From: Dehalococcoidia bacterium
GTDB taxonomy: Bacteria > Chloroflexota > Dehalococcoidia > SHYB01
Direction: 5' to 3'
Assembly (NCBI GenBank): GCA_965219875.1
Contig: CBDCOW010000001.1
Location: 1,036,468 to 1,100,467 of the forward strand
DNA: 64,000 nt
A program made the position numbers and the translations under genes. Below, piece by piece: positions 9,479-18,471 of this stretch. Position 1 is the first letter of the stretch; every line of letters begins with the position of its first letter. A model generated the notes under the pieces. That model worked only from the letters and a program-made list of their open reading frames with translations, was not told the origin of the DNA and did no database searches.

Positions 9479-9691
9479 TTACGCGGTGATGTCGCTCTCG
9501 AAGTTGGTGCTGGCGTGCGTTCCGTCGCAGAAGGGCTTCGTCGCGGACTGGCCGCAGCGGCAGAGAAAGACCGTGCCGCTGTCGTCGGCGATGCCTTCTA
9601 GGGAAAGGGCGTTCTTCCCCGACGAGTCGGTGACTTTCTCCACGCCGGTAACCATGTAGGGGCCGTGTTTGATCGGTCGGACTTGGGCCAT
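9479..9691 (-). CDS. CDGSH iron-sulfur domain protein
   Basis: GPY and LCRCGQSATKPFCDGTH; GGAGGAG RBS before ATG 9691. Confidence 0.92.
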   Translation of the reverse strand: MAQVRPIKHGPYMVTGVEKVTDSSGKNALSLEGIADDSGTVFLCRCGQSATKPFCDGTHASTNFESDITA

Positions 9692-9797
9692 CGTTAGACT
9701 CCTCCGGATTCGCGCCCTGCCGGCCCTTGCCGCGGGGCCGGAGTCGCGGCGGCGCTCATGGTACACGATGCGGGCGCGCGGCGGGAGGCGCGGCGCG

Positions 9798-10688
9798 CTA
9801 GAACAGGCTCGTGGCGAGCTTGGGGTCGAGCCAGTCGTAGTCGGGGTCGTTGGGGTCGGGCCGGGGCATGAGGAGGAGGCGCGAGCCGAGGCCGGAGCGG
9901 GGATGGACGGTGTAGCGCAGGGCCTTGTCGTGGAGCAGGCCGATGCCCTTGGAGCGGAGGTAGCGCCCGGCTTCTTCGAGGTCGCGGACGACAATGGCGA
10001 GGGTGTGCAGCCCCTGGCCGCCCTGGCGGTTGATCACGGACGATAGGACGTTGTTGTCCCGCCGCGGCTTCAGGACGGAGATGCGTGCCCGTTCGTACAC
10101 GAAGAAGTGCGAGGCGGTGGCGTAGATCCCGTTGGTGCGCCCGCCGATGAACACGCCGCCGAGGACGCCGCCGAAGAAGTCGTCCACCGCGTCAAGATCG
10201 TCGGCGAGCAGGGTGATCGACCAGAGGCGCTGTGCTCCCATCGCCCCGTCGGCCTCAAGGGACCGCTCGTAGAACCCCGGCTCCCGGCGCGGGTCGTTCG
10301 GCAGGTCGGCGTCGCTGAACTCGATGATTGTGCCGAAGGTGCGTTCGGGGTCGGCGGTGCAGTGGCCGGGAGACTCCTCGACGACGCCGACACCGGCGGT
10401 GCGGAGGTGAGCGGCGGCTTCCGCGGCGTCGTCCACCTTGAATGTGAAGGAGCGGAGGAAGCCGCCGTAGCGTTCGAGGTAGGACCGCGGCCCTTCGCCT
10501 AGGTCGAAGGGATCGACGAGCTCGACGCAGGCGTCGGCGAGGGTGAGGAGGGTGACGTTGCCCGCGCGGGGTCCGAGGGGGCCTTCGTAGAAGACCCTGG
10601 CCCCGAAGACGTCGCGGTAGAGGGCGAGGGCGGCCTCGCGGTCGGCGACCACGTGGGTCACGCGGGATACGTCGCGGATGCGGATCAT
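9798..10688 (-). CDS. VOC-family (glyoxalase/methylmalonyl-CoA epimerase-like) two-domain protein
   Basis: VVADREAALALYRDVFG, VELVDP, GQGLHTLAIVVRDLEEA. Confidence 0.75.
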   Translation of the reverse strand: MIRIRDVSRVTHVVADREAALALYRDVFGARVFYEGPLGPRAGNVTLLTLADACVELVDPFDLGEGPRSYLERYGGFLRSFTFKVDDAAEAAAHLRTAGVGVVEESPGHCTADPERTFGTIIEFSDADLPNDPRREPGFYERSLEADGAMGAQRLWSITLLADDLDAVDDFFGGVLGGVFIGGRTNGIYATASHFFVYERARISVLKPRRDNNVLSSVINRQGGQGLHTLAIVVRDLEEAGRYLRSKGIGLLHDKALRYTVHPRSGLGSRLLLMPRPDPNDPDYDWLDPKLATSLF

Positions 10689-10754
10689 CGAAGGCGCTGC
10701 CTTCCGTTTCGGCCCGCGCCCACCGGGATCAAGGAAGCGGGAGTCCGTCCAAGG

Positions 10755-12902
10755 TTACCGCGCGGCGGCGCCGGCGAAGGGCTGGATGAGGAGCCGGAGC
10801 GTGCCGTCGCCGTCCTTGCGCTGGGTGACGATGCGGTGCCCCGCCTCCTCGGCCCAGGTGATCACGTCGTAGATGTTCAGCGCGTCGGCCATGATCGCCT
10901 CGACGAGGGAGGCGCCATCGGCTTGGGTCTGGCGGGTGAGGGCGGCGATGACGCCGGCGCAGTTCTTGCCGCGCCCGTCGACGATCACCCAACCGCTTGC
11001 GGCGGGCGCTTCGCCGGCGCGGACGTCGACCTCGCCGGTCTTCCGCGCATCGAGTTGCCGTTTGAACTCGGCGACGGACTCCCAGGCGACGGCGCGGCCG
11101 CGGTCGCCGCTGGAGCAGACGGCCCCGCGCACGCCGACGATGTCGGGGTTGATGCGGGCGAGCTCGTCGATGTCGCTCATGCGGAGATGCCCGGAGAGGG
11201 CGGTGCTCATGCCGACCTTCTTCCCAGCGAAGACGATCTCGCGGAGCTTGGGCTCAGGGATGAAGTCGAAGAGGTTGCGCCCGTCCTTGGTCAGGGTGTC
11301 GATGAGCCAGCCGTCGCAGCCGGTCTCCTCGGCGAGCCGGGGCATGAGGAGGGGGTCGAGCCCGCCGTAGAGGTGGTTGTCGGCGAAGAGGGAGCCGATG
11401 AGCTTGGTCTCGCTGCCTTCGAGGGCGCGCTTGGATTCGCGCAGCACGTCGACCGCCATGTCGTAGTCGGAGCGCACGAAGCCGACCTTCACCGAGGTCG
11501 CTTGCAGCTTGGCCGCGGAGTAGACCGCCATGGCCACGGTGCCGGCCTGGTTGGGCACGACGCCGAGGGTGACGCTGACATGCTTCTCCTCGGGGATGCG
11601 CGCCCGCACCTGCTCGACGAGCAGCGGATGGCCGGAGCCGACCATCGCCTCCTGCAGGTTCTTGATGTCGATGATATCTGCGCCGCCGCGGTCGGCCTCC
11701 AGGGCCTCGGGCATGTCCTGGACGCTGACCATCAGCATCATGCCGGACTCCGAGGTGATGCCGCTGGGGCGCGGCTGGGCCTGGGGGGCGCCGTTGCGGG
11801 CGCTGCCGTTCGTGGGGGCCTGCTCGGTGACGTAGATCCTGGAGAGCGCCTCTTGCTGGTGGCTCAGCCCCGGGTTCGCCGAGGCCGTCTTGATGGGGGC
11901 GGGCGGCGCCGGCGCGGGCTCGGGGGCGCGCGCGGGGGCGGGGCGCAGGGCGCGAAGCTCGCGCAGGAGCTCGTCTTTCTCGGCGTCGTCGAGGTCGCGT
12001 AGCGGCAGGCGGACGTGGCCCGTCTGGAGGCCCATGAGCTGGCCCCAATACTTCACCATGCTGACGGGGAGGGCGCCGCCGAACTTCTGCACGGTGCGGC
12101 CCCACCACTTGTCGTTCAACTGCTTGATCGCCTTCAGGTGCGTCTCATAGAGCGCTTGGTCGAGATCGCCCTTGGTGGCGCGCTCGATGTACTGCACGTA
12201 GTGGTTCGCGCCGGGCATGTCGAACCGCCAGTCGGAGGTGTTGGCGAAGATGACCTGCTGGCGGAAGCCGAGTTGCTGGGCCTTGGGGAAGATCCACTCG
12301 TCGGGGGTGCTGATGATCGCCTGCTTGCCGATGAGCAGGTGGGTCTCAATCGATATCTGCTGGCTGAAGCTGGCTTCCTTGACGCCGACCACGTTGGGGA
12401 CGGCGCAGAGGCGCTTCAGTCCCTGGGGGCTCACGACGATGCCGAACTGCGGCGAGTTGTAGAACATGATCGCCAGCGAGGTGCGCTCGGCGAGGGCGGT
12501 GATGAATTCGACGACCTGGTTTTCGGTCTTCGTGACCATGTAGGGGGCCGCCGCGATCAGGAGGTCGTAGCCGGTGGACTCGGCGAGGGCGGCGAGACCG
12601 GCGGCTTCCTTGAGGGAGGTGTGGGTGACGTGCGCGGCAATGGGCCACTCGCCCGCGGCCTCGTCGGCGACGGTCTCGATGACCTTGCGGCGCTCGTCGC
12701 CGGTGAGGCTCCAGAACTCGCCCATGCCCCAACTCGACCCCGCGCCCCGCGTGCCCAGGCTGCGGATGTAGCGGATGTTGTGGCGGATGGCCGCCTCGTC
12801 GATTTCGTCGTCGGGGGTGAACGGCGTGGGGAGCGTGGTCCACTCGCCGGTCAGATTTTCCCAAGCCCAGTCTTGGGCCTCGTGTTTGGCATACCCCGCC
12901 AT
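10755..12902 (-). CDS. Fusion: DapA-like class I aldolase + MfnB-like (5-formylfuran-3-yl)methyl phosphate synthase + TusA-like domain
   Basis: aa1-320 TPF, GEFWSLT, FYN, VVGVKEAS; from aa388 LMVSV, GGADIIDIKN, VKVG, IDTLTKDG, DIVGVRGAVC; from aa638 VDGRGKNC...WAEEAGHRIV. Confidence 0.82.
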   Translation of the reverse strand: MAGYAKHEAQDWAWENLTGEWTTLPTPFTPDDEIDEAAIRHNIRYIRSLGTRGAGSSWGMGEFWSLTGDERRKVIETVADEAAGEWPIAAHVTHTSLKEAAGLAALAESTGYDLLIAAAPYMVTKTENQVVEFITALAERTSLAIMFYNSPQFGIVVSPQGLKRLCAVPNVVGVKEASFSQQISIETHLLIGKQAIISTPDEWIFPKAQQLGFRQQVIFANTSDWRFDMPGANHYVQYIERATKGDLDQALYETHLKAIKQLNDKWWGRTVQKFGGALPVSMVKYWGQLMGLQTGHVRLPLRDLDDAEKDELLRELRALRPAPARAPEPAPAPPAPIKTASANPGLSHQQEALSRIYVTEQAPTNGSARNGAPQAQPRPSGITSESGMMLMVSVQDMPEALEADRGGADIIDIKNLQEAMVGSGHPLLVEQVRARIPEEKHVSVTLGVVPNQAGTVAMAVYSAAKLQATSVKVGFVRSDYDMAVDVLRESKRALEGSETKLIGSLFADNHLYGGLDPLLMPRLAEETGCDGWLIDTLTKDGRNLFDFIPEPKLREIVFAGKKVGMSTALSGHLRMSDIDELARINPDIVGVRGAVCSSGDRGRAVAWESVAEFKRQLDARKTGEVDVRAGEAPAASGWVIVDGRGKNCAGVIAALTRQTQADGASLVEAIMADALNIYDVITWAEEAGHRIVTQRKDGDGTLRLLIQPFAGAAAR

Positions 12903-13097
12903 TGCTGTCCCTTCCTTACTACGCCCTAGCCTTGGCGCGCCGGTGGGATGGCCGTCGAAAACGGCCTCTCTCCAGAAGTAACGCGGCTTCGAGTCTAGGC
13001 GCTTCCCCCCATAGGGTCAAGCCTGCCGTGAAGGGAGCGGCGACCCTTTAGGCGCCCGCGCCTGTGGCGCGCGCCCTCTCTCAGTCTCCCCCATAGG

Positions 13098-13272
13098 GAG
13101 ACCTTTGCGTAACTCGGCGGGCGGGCTTCAGCAAGGTCGCGCGGCCCCCGCCGCCCCCCGCCCTCACCCCAACCCTCTCCCAGCGGGAGAGGGGGCAAGA
13201 CCCCGCGCCGCCTCCCTGTCCCAAGGCCAGCGGGCGGCGTTCTTCGCCTCGACGGAGTTTTGCAGAGGTCTC
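13098..13272. mobile_element. MITE with IS5-type TIRs and target-site duplication
   Basis: GAGACCTTTGCGTAAC...GTTTTGCAGAGGTCTC, flanked by CATAGG on both sides; internal CCCTCTCCC-AGC-GGGAGAGGG hairpin. Confidence 0.85.
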
Positions 13273-13300
13273 CATAGGGGACAGGTCGGGGCAGAGAGGA

Positions 13301-13325
13301 GGGCGCCCACAAGGGAGGCCCCTAC
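13301..13325 (-). repeat. GTAG-type REP variant
   Basis: Minus strand GTAGGGGCCTCCCTTGTGGGCGCCC; similar to 56147-56171. Confidence 0.6.
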
Positions 13326-13344
13326 GGGACGGGACCCCGGCCCC

Positions 13345-14955
13345 TCAATGTGCGGGGGCGCTTCCCTGCATGATCAGGCTCAGGATGTCTTGGCTGGTGA
13401 CCGAGCCGAGGAACCGGCCCGACTCCCGGTCCATCACCGGTATCACCGACAGTGCGTGGTCGGTCATGCGCTCCAGCACGTCGTCGATCATCTCGTCGGG
13501 CCAGGCCGTCGGCACACGGCGGCGCATGAGGGAGCGAATCTTGGCCCTGGACCACGTGCGCTTGGGGAGGAAGCGCAGCCGCGTCAGCGACACGATCCCC
13601 GAGACCTCCCCGTCGTCGATGACGACGTAGTCGTGCTGATGGGGGACGAGCCACCGCTCGGTGAAGCTGAGCACGGAGAGGTCGGAAGCAGGGTAGCTCC
13701 GCGACGTGTCGAGGATGTCGTTGACCGTGATGGTGTCCAGGGCGTAGCGGGCGTAGGAGGGCGTCGCTGCCTCGGGCATGACGGGGTCGTTGGAGGCCTT
13801 GGCCCTGTTGACCGCGAAGCTGAGCGCCGGCGGCGTCAAGAGGATGAAACCGAACATAATGAGGACGAGCAGGGAGAAGATGGCCTGCGAGATCGCACCG
13901 GACTCGAAGAGGACGAGCAACAGGGCGATCTCGGCGACGCCCTTCGCCATAAGGCCCATCGCTAAGGGGAAGGGCATATCGAGCCGGGCGGCGAAGGGCC
14001 CGGCGAAGGCGCCGGCGAGCTTGCCCAGCACGGCGACGCTCACGACCGCCGCGATGGTCCACGCCGACAGCTCGGTGAAGGAGAGGTCGACGTGGAGGCC
14101 AGCGGAGGCGAAGAAGAGCGGGACGAAGAGGCCCTCCGTCGTGCTCCGCAGGCCGGGCATGATGTCGAGTCGTACGCGGTGGGGCATGCCCGAGAGCGCC
14201 GCGCCGAAGAGCAGTGCGCCGATGGAGCCGTGGAGCCCGATCTCCTCGGCGGCCACGACCATGAGGAACAGCCCGCCCAAGAGCAGACCGAAGGGAAGCT
14301 GGGGGGCGCTGAGGAAGCGCTGGAGGAGGATGATCAAGGGAGGAAGCACCTGCGCCGACAGCACCCACGCGACGACCGCGAAGGCGATGATCTGTCCCAG
14401 CAGGATGGGTAGTTGGCTGATGCCGGGCGGCTCGTCGTGGCCGGCCTCGCTGATGGTGAACCCCACGATGAGCAAGGCGATCAGCTCCGCGATGATCACG
14501 GTGGTGAATATTTCGAGGCCGAGCGGTTCCTTCAGGTGCCCTTCGTCGGCGAGCACCTTGGCCACGATGCCGAGGCTCGACAGCGCTAAGACGCCGGACA
14601 GCGCCAGCGCCGAGGTGAAGGGAAGGTCGAGGACGAAGTGGGTGACGCCAAGCGCGGCAAGGAGGGGGACCATCACCGACACCGTCGCGGCGACGAAGAA
14701 CCGCCCCCGTATCGTCGCCACGAAGCCCGAGATGTCGACCTCGTCGAGGCCGATAAGGAAGAAGAAGACAAAGACGCCGACGCTGAAGAAGAGGGCCGAC
14801 TCCTCGGTTGGCTCGACGACGCCGAGGACGGGGCCGAGGAGGACGCCGGTGGCGGTGTAGGCGATGATCGAGTTCAGCCCGAGGCGGCCAAAGACACCCT
14901 CGGCGATCTTGGCGACGACGAGGAGCAGGCCGATGGAGAGGACCGCGTCGATCAT
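13345..14955 (-). CDS. Cation:proton antiporter (CPA2) with C-terminal CBS pair
   Basis: About 12 hydrophobic helices, GVLLGP, LFVPLFFASAG, KGVAE; CBS-type C-terminus (IPVMD..GRFLGSVTSQDIL). Confidence 0.88.
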   Translation of the reverse strand: MIDAVLSIGLLLVVAKIAEGVFGRLGLNSIIAYTATGVLLGPVLGVVEPTEESALFFSVGVFVFFFLIGLDEVDISGFVATIRGRFFVAATVSVMVPLLAALGVTHFVLDLPFTSALALSGVLALSSLGIVAKVLADEGHLKEPLGLEIFTTVIIAELIALLIVGFTISEAGHDEPPGISQLPILLGQIIAFAVVAWVLSAQVLPPLIILLQRFLSAPQLPFGLLLGGLFLMVVAAEEIGLHGSIGALLFGAALSGMPHRVRLDIMPGLRSTTEGLFVPLFFASAGLHVDLSFTELSAWTIAAVVSVAVLGKLAGAFAGPFAARLDMPFPLAMGLMAKGVAEIALLLVLFESGAISQAIFSLLVLIMFGFILLTPPALSFAVNRAKASNDPVMPEAATPSYARYALDTITVNDILDTSRSYPASDLSVLSFTERWLVPHQHDYVVIDDGEVSGIVSLTRLRFLPKRTWSRAKIRSLMRRRVPTAWPDEMIDDVLERMTDHALSVIPVMDRESGRFLGSVTSQDILSLIMQGSAPAH

Positions 14956-14986
14956 TCTGTCACGCGCCCGCGGCGAATTTGACCTA

Positions 14987-15346
14987 TTCTAGCGCCTCCC
15001 GGCCTACGGCCCCCGGCCGTCGACGCACCCCCTCTCTCAGTCTTCCCAGAGGAGATACTTGTGTAACTGGGGGTTGGCGGCTGCGCGAGGGTGGTCGGCC
15101 CCCGCCTCCCCCCGCCCTCACCCCAACCCTCTCCCAGCGGGAGAGGGAGCTAAGACCCCTTGTCCCCGCCCTCTTCTAGCGCCTCCCGGCCTACCGCCCG
15201 GGGCGCCGGCGCGCCCCCTCTCTCAGTCTTCCCGGAGGAGATACTTGCGTAACTGGGGGTTGGCGGCTCCGCGAGGGTGGTCGGCCCCCGCCTCCCCCCG
15301 CCCTCACCCCAACCCTCTCCCGGCGGGAGAGGGAGTTAAGACCTCT
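14987..15346. repeat. Tandem ~187-bp duplication of composite palindromic repeat with degenerate MITE left ends
   Basis: Units start 14987 and 15174; each has CCCTCTCTCAGTCTTCCC..., GAGATACTTG(T/C)GTAAC and CCCTCACCCCAACCCTCTCCC...GGGAGAGGG. Confidence 0.85.
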
Positions 15347-15397
15347 CGCCCCTACGGGATTGGTGCCGTTGCGCGGGTGGGTGGGTGTCCCGCCGGG

Positions 15398-16309
15398 TTA
15401 GGCCGGGGCGGCGGCCTTGGAGGGTTCGAGGCGCATGATCTGCCGCGCCTCGGCGGGTGTGGCTACGTCGCGGCCCAGGGAGCGCGACGCTTCGGCGACC
15501 CGCCGCACCTGCTCGGCGGTGCTCATCGGCTTGCCTTCGTAGAGGAGGTTGTCGCCGATGCCGGTGCGGATGTGCCCGCCCATCAGAATGGCGGAGTTGT
15601 TGACGATGTGGTGGCTCGCGCCTTGGCTCTGGGTGAACCACTCGTAGTCGAGGCCGGCGGGCAGCCAGTCGAGGAACGCCTGTATCGAGCGGGGCTCGGG
15701 CGGTAGGTTGTACAGCAGGTCGTCGTTGAACCCGAACTTCAGCAGCAGCGGCTCTTCGATTAGCCCCATATCCATGAAGGCTTCGAGGTGGCGGATATGG
15801 CCCAACTCCCGCATCCCGAACCGGGGCTTGAGTCCGAGCTCCTGCATCTTCCGCAGCGTCTCGATGGTCTCGCCGTGCGTGTTCACGTACATGTGATCGG
15901 GGTTGATGAAGCGCTTCGCCTCGCGGTCGTACTTGCCGCGCAGCATGGCCCCGGTGTCCACGTCCATGAAGGGGAGGGCGACGTCGGGGTCCTCGGCCAG
16001 GGCGACGACGTGGGCGAACCGGGCGAGGCCGAAAAGTGTGTCGGACTGCGGCGGCCAGGTGGGGTAGCAGATCGCGTCGCTGTGCTCGGCGATCAACTGG
16101 AAGGTCTCCTTGTAGATCTCGACATCTTGGAAGCGCTGCGCGCCCGTCTTGGGGTCGCGGGCGTGGATGTGAATGATGGAGGCGCCGGCCTCGACGCATT
16201 CGAGGGTGTTCTCCATGATCTGGCGCGGCGTCAGCGGCACCGCGGGGTAAGCCTCAATGGGGACGACCTCGTTGACCGTGACCTCGATGCAAAGCTTGGG
16301 ATGCGCCAT
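15398..16309 (-). CDS. Beta-keto acid cleavage enzyme family (DUF849/Kce-like)
   Basis: VPLTP, EAGASIIHIHARD, GGHIRTGIGDN, GRDVATPAEAR. Confidence 0.88.
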   Translation of the reverse strand: MAHPKLCIEVTVNEVVPIEAYPAVPLTPRQIMENTLECVEAGASIIHIHARDPKTGAQRFQDVEIYKETFQLIAEHSDAICYPTWPPQSDTLFGLARFAHVVALAEDPDVALPFMDVDTGAMLRGKYDREAKRFINPDHMYVNTHGETIETLRKMQELGLKPRFGMRELGHIRHLEAFMDMGLIEEPLLLKFGFNDDLLYNLPPEPRSIQAFLDWLPAGLDYEWFTQSQGASHHIVNNSAILMGGHIRTGIGDNLLYEGKPMSTAEQVRRVAEASRSLGRDVATPAEARQIMRLEPSKAAAPA

Positions 16310-16327
16310 CGTCTCCCCCTTGGCCGG

Positions 16328-17455
16328 CTAGGCCATCAGCTTCTCAGGGTCGCCCATGTTGTAGAAGCGAATCGCTCCCTCGGCCAGAATGCGGCGTTTC
16401 GTCTCGGCGGAGAGCCCGTCCATGCGGCGGATCATGTCGGGCGCGCCGGGGAAGCCGTCGGCGTGCGGGTAGTCGGTGGCCCACAGGATTTTGTGCGGGC
16501 CGATGTAGTCGGCGAGGTAGGGGAGGTTGCCTTCGATGGGCTCGAAGGATATCCAGGCCTGCCGCTCGAAGATTTCGCTGGGCTTCCGCGAGATCAGACC
16601 GTCGTTCCACGATTCTTGCTCGTAGTGACGGTCCATGCGGTCAAGCCAGCCCGCGATCCAGCCGCCGCCCGACTCCATGAAGGCGAAGCGGAGCTTGGGG
16701 AACCGCTCGCAGATGCCGCACATGAGGAGTCCGGCGCAGGCGGCCATCATCTCCAGGGTGTGCGACACGACGTGGGCCACGCCGGCCGTCTTGAAGCGGT
16801 CGGCCCCAAGGCCGGGAACGCCGCCGCCGACGTGGATCGCCATCGACACGTCCATCTCCTGCGCCGCCGCCCAAATCGCGTCGTTCGCGGGGTCGTGGAT
16901 GTAGCGCCCGTCGACGGGGTTTGCCCGGATGAAGGCGGCGCCGAAGCCGAGCTCGCGGCGGGCGTATTCGAGCTCGGCCACGGCCACTTCGACGGATTGC
17001 AGGGGCAGCATGGCGAGGCCGAAGAGGCGGTCGGGGTGGGCGGCGCAGTAGTCGGCGAGCCACCGGTTGTAGGCCCGGCAGACCGCCGCGCCGAGGCCGG
17101 GGTCTTGGATGCGGCCCGAGAGGAAGAGTCCGAGTGTGGGGAAGGAGAAGGAGGCGTCGACGCCCTCGGCGTCCATGTCGATGATGCGGGCGTCGGGATT
17201 GAAGCCGCCGCGCCGCCCGCTGGCGTAGGGGAGCGGGCCTTCGGTACGCGGCGCGCCGTAGCTCCCCGTCCCGCCGAACCCCTGGGGCAGCGACCAGACC
17301 GCGGTCTCGACCCGCAGGTGTTCCGCGCCGCCGTCCTCCGTAGTGAACACCGGCGCACGCTCCCGGTAGGCGGGGTCGATGTACCGCTCCCACAAATCAG
17401 GAGGCTCGAGGACGTGCCCGTCGGAATCGATGACGTGGTAGCTGCGGCTGCTCAT
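16328..17455 (-). CDS. Amidohydrolase (Amidohydro_2)
   Basis: IDSDGHVLEPPDLW, AYNRWLADYC, ERFPKLRFAFMESG, WATDYPHAD. Confidence 0.92.
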   Translation of the reverse strand: MSSRSYHVIDSDGHVLEPPDLWERYIDPAYRERAPVFTTEDGGAEHLRVETAVWSLPQGFGGTGSYGAPRTEGPLPYASGRRGGFNPDARIIDMDAEGVDASFSFPTLGLFLSGRIQDPGLGAAVCRAYNRWLADYCAAHPDRLFGLAMLPLQSVEVAVAELEYARRELGFGAAFIRANPVDGRYIHDPANDAIWAAAQEMDVSMAIHVGGGVPGLGADRFKTAGVAHVVSHTLEMMAACAGLLMCGICERFPKLRFAFMESGGGWIAGWLDRMDRHYEQESWNDGLISRKPSEIFERQAWISFEPIEGNLPYLADYIGPHKILWATDYPHADGFPGAPDMIRRMDGLSAETKRRILAEGAIRFYNMGDPEKLMA

Positions 17456-17548
17456 AGCGCCGCCAGACTACCCCGCTCGCCGCCCGTGGGCAACCGCCGG
17501 GCCGTTCCGTGCCCCATGTGAGACCATTGCTCCGTCAGGGTCGCGCAG

Positions 17549-17601
17549 CCCCCGCCTCACCCGCCCTCACCCCAACCCTCTCCCAGCGGGAGAGGGGGTA
17601 A
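17549..17601. repeat. CCCTCACCCCAACCCTCTCCC-GGGAGAGGG palindromic repeat
   Basis: Same hairpin as at ~13161-13195, ~15115-15147 and ~15301-15333. Confidence 0.75.
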
Positions 17602-17609
17602 GAGCGCTG

Positions 17610-18419
17610 TCAAAGCGACTCGCCGCCGTCGACGACGATTACCTGGCCGGTGACGAAGCTAGCGGCGTCGCTTGCCAGGTAGACGGCGAGCGCGCCGATC
17701 TCTCTCGCGTCTCCGGTGCGCCGCATCGGGATGCGCTTCAGCATCTGGTCCCGCGCCTTGGGGTCATCGTGCATCGCCGCCGAGGCCGACGTGTAGAACT
17801 GGCCGGGCGCGATGGAGTTGACGGTAACGCCGTAGCGAGCCCATTCCTTAGCCATGCTTCGGGTGAACGAAATGAGTCCGCCTTTCGCGGCGTCGTAGGC
17901 CGAGTTGAATCGGTTGAGGCGTATGGGTGTGACGGAACTGACGTTGATGACGCGCCCGTTGCGGCGCTCCAGCATTTGCGGGCCCAACGCCCGTAAGAGA
18001 TAGAAAGGCCCGGATAGGTTGGTTGCCAGCGTCTTCTCCCACGCCTCGTCCGTGGTCGGGGCGTGAAAGCCGGGAAGCTCGCTTGGCGGGTCGTAGCCGG
18101 GAAGGGGGACCAACGGCTGAAAGAACGAAGCTGCGGCGTTGTTCACCACGATGTCGATTCGTTCGAAACGTTGCCGCGCCTGCCGCGACATCGCCTCTAC
18201 GTCGTTCGGGTCGGAGATATCGGCTTCGATGGCCTCGACGCGGCGTCCCAGCGCCCGCGCCTCCTGCGCCGTCGCTTCGATTTCGCTCCCGGTGCGGGCG
18301 ACGGCGACGACGTCGGCGCCGGCTTCCGCAAGCGCGAGGGCGATGGCCTTCCCGATTCCCCTGCCGGCGCCCGTGACCAAGCCAACTTTTCCATGCAGGC
18401 TGAATGTGGGGCTGGTCAT
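17610..18419 (-). CDS. SDR family oxidoreductase
   Basis: TGAGRGIG, VNNAA, YDAAKGG, VNSIAPG, VTGQVIVVDGG. Confidence 0.92.
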   Translation of the reverse strand: MTSPTFSLHGKVGLVTGAGRGIGKAIALALAEAGADVVAVARTGSEIEATAQEARALGRRVEAIEADISDPNDVEAMSRQARQRFERIDIVVNNAAASFFQPLVPLPGYDPPSELPGFHAPTTDEAWEKTLATNLSGPFYLLRALGPQMLERRNGRVINVSSVTPIRLNRFNSAYDAAKGGLISFTRSMAKEWARYGVTVNSIAPGQFYTSASAAMHDDPKARDQMLKRIPMRRTGDAREIGALAVYLASDAASFVTGQVIVVDGGESL

Positions 18420-18471
18420 GGCGAAAGACTCCGGTAGCGGGTGCGAATAGGCGCTATGGTACACTCCCGCC

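Noticed and set aside
14987-15346. Possible CRISPR array among the intergenic repeats
   Set aside because: No constant repeat with unique spacers and no cas genes; these are palindrome/MITE mosaics.
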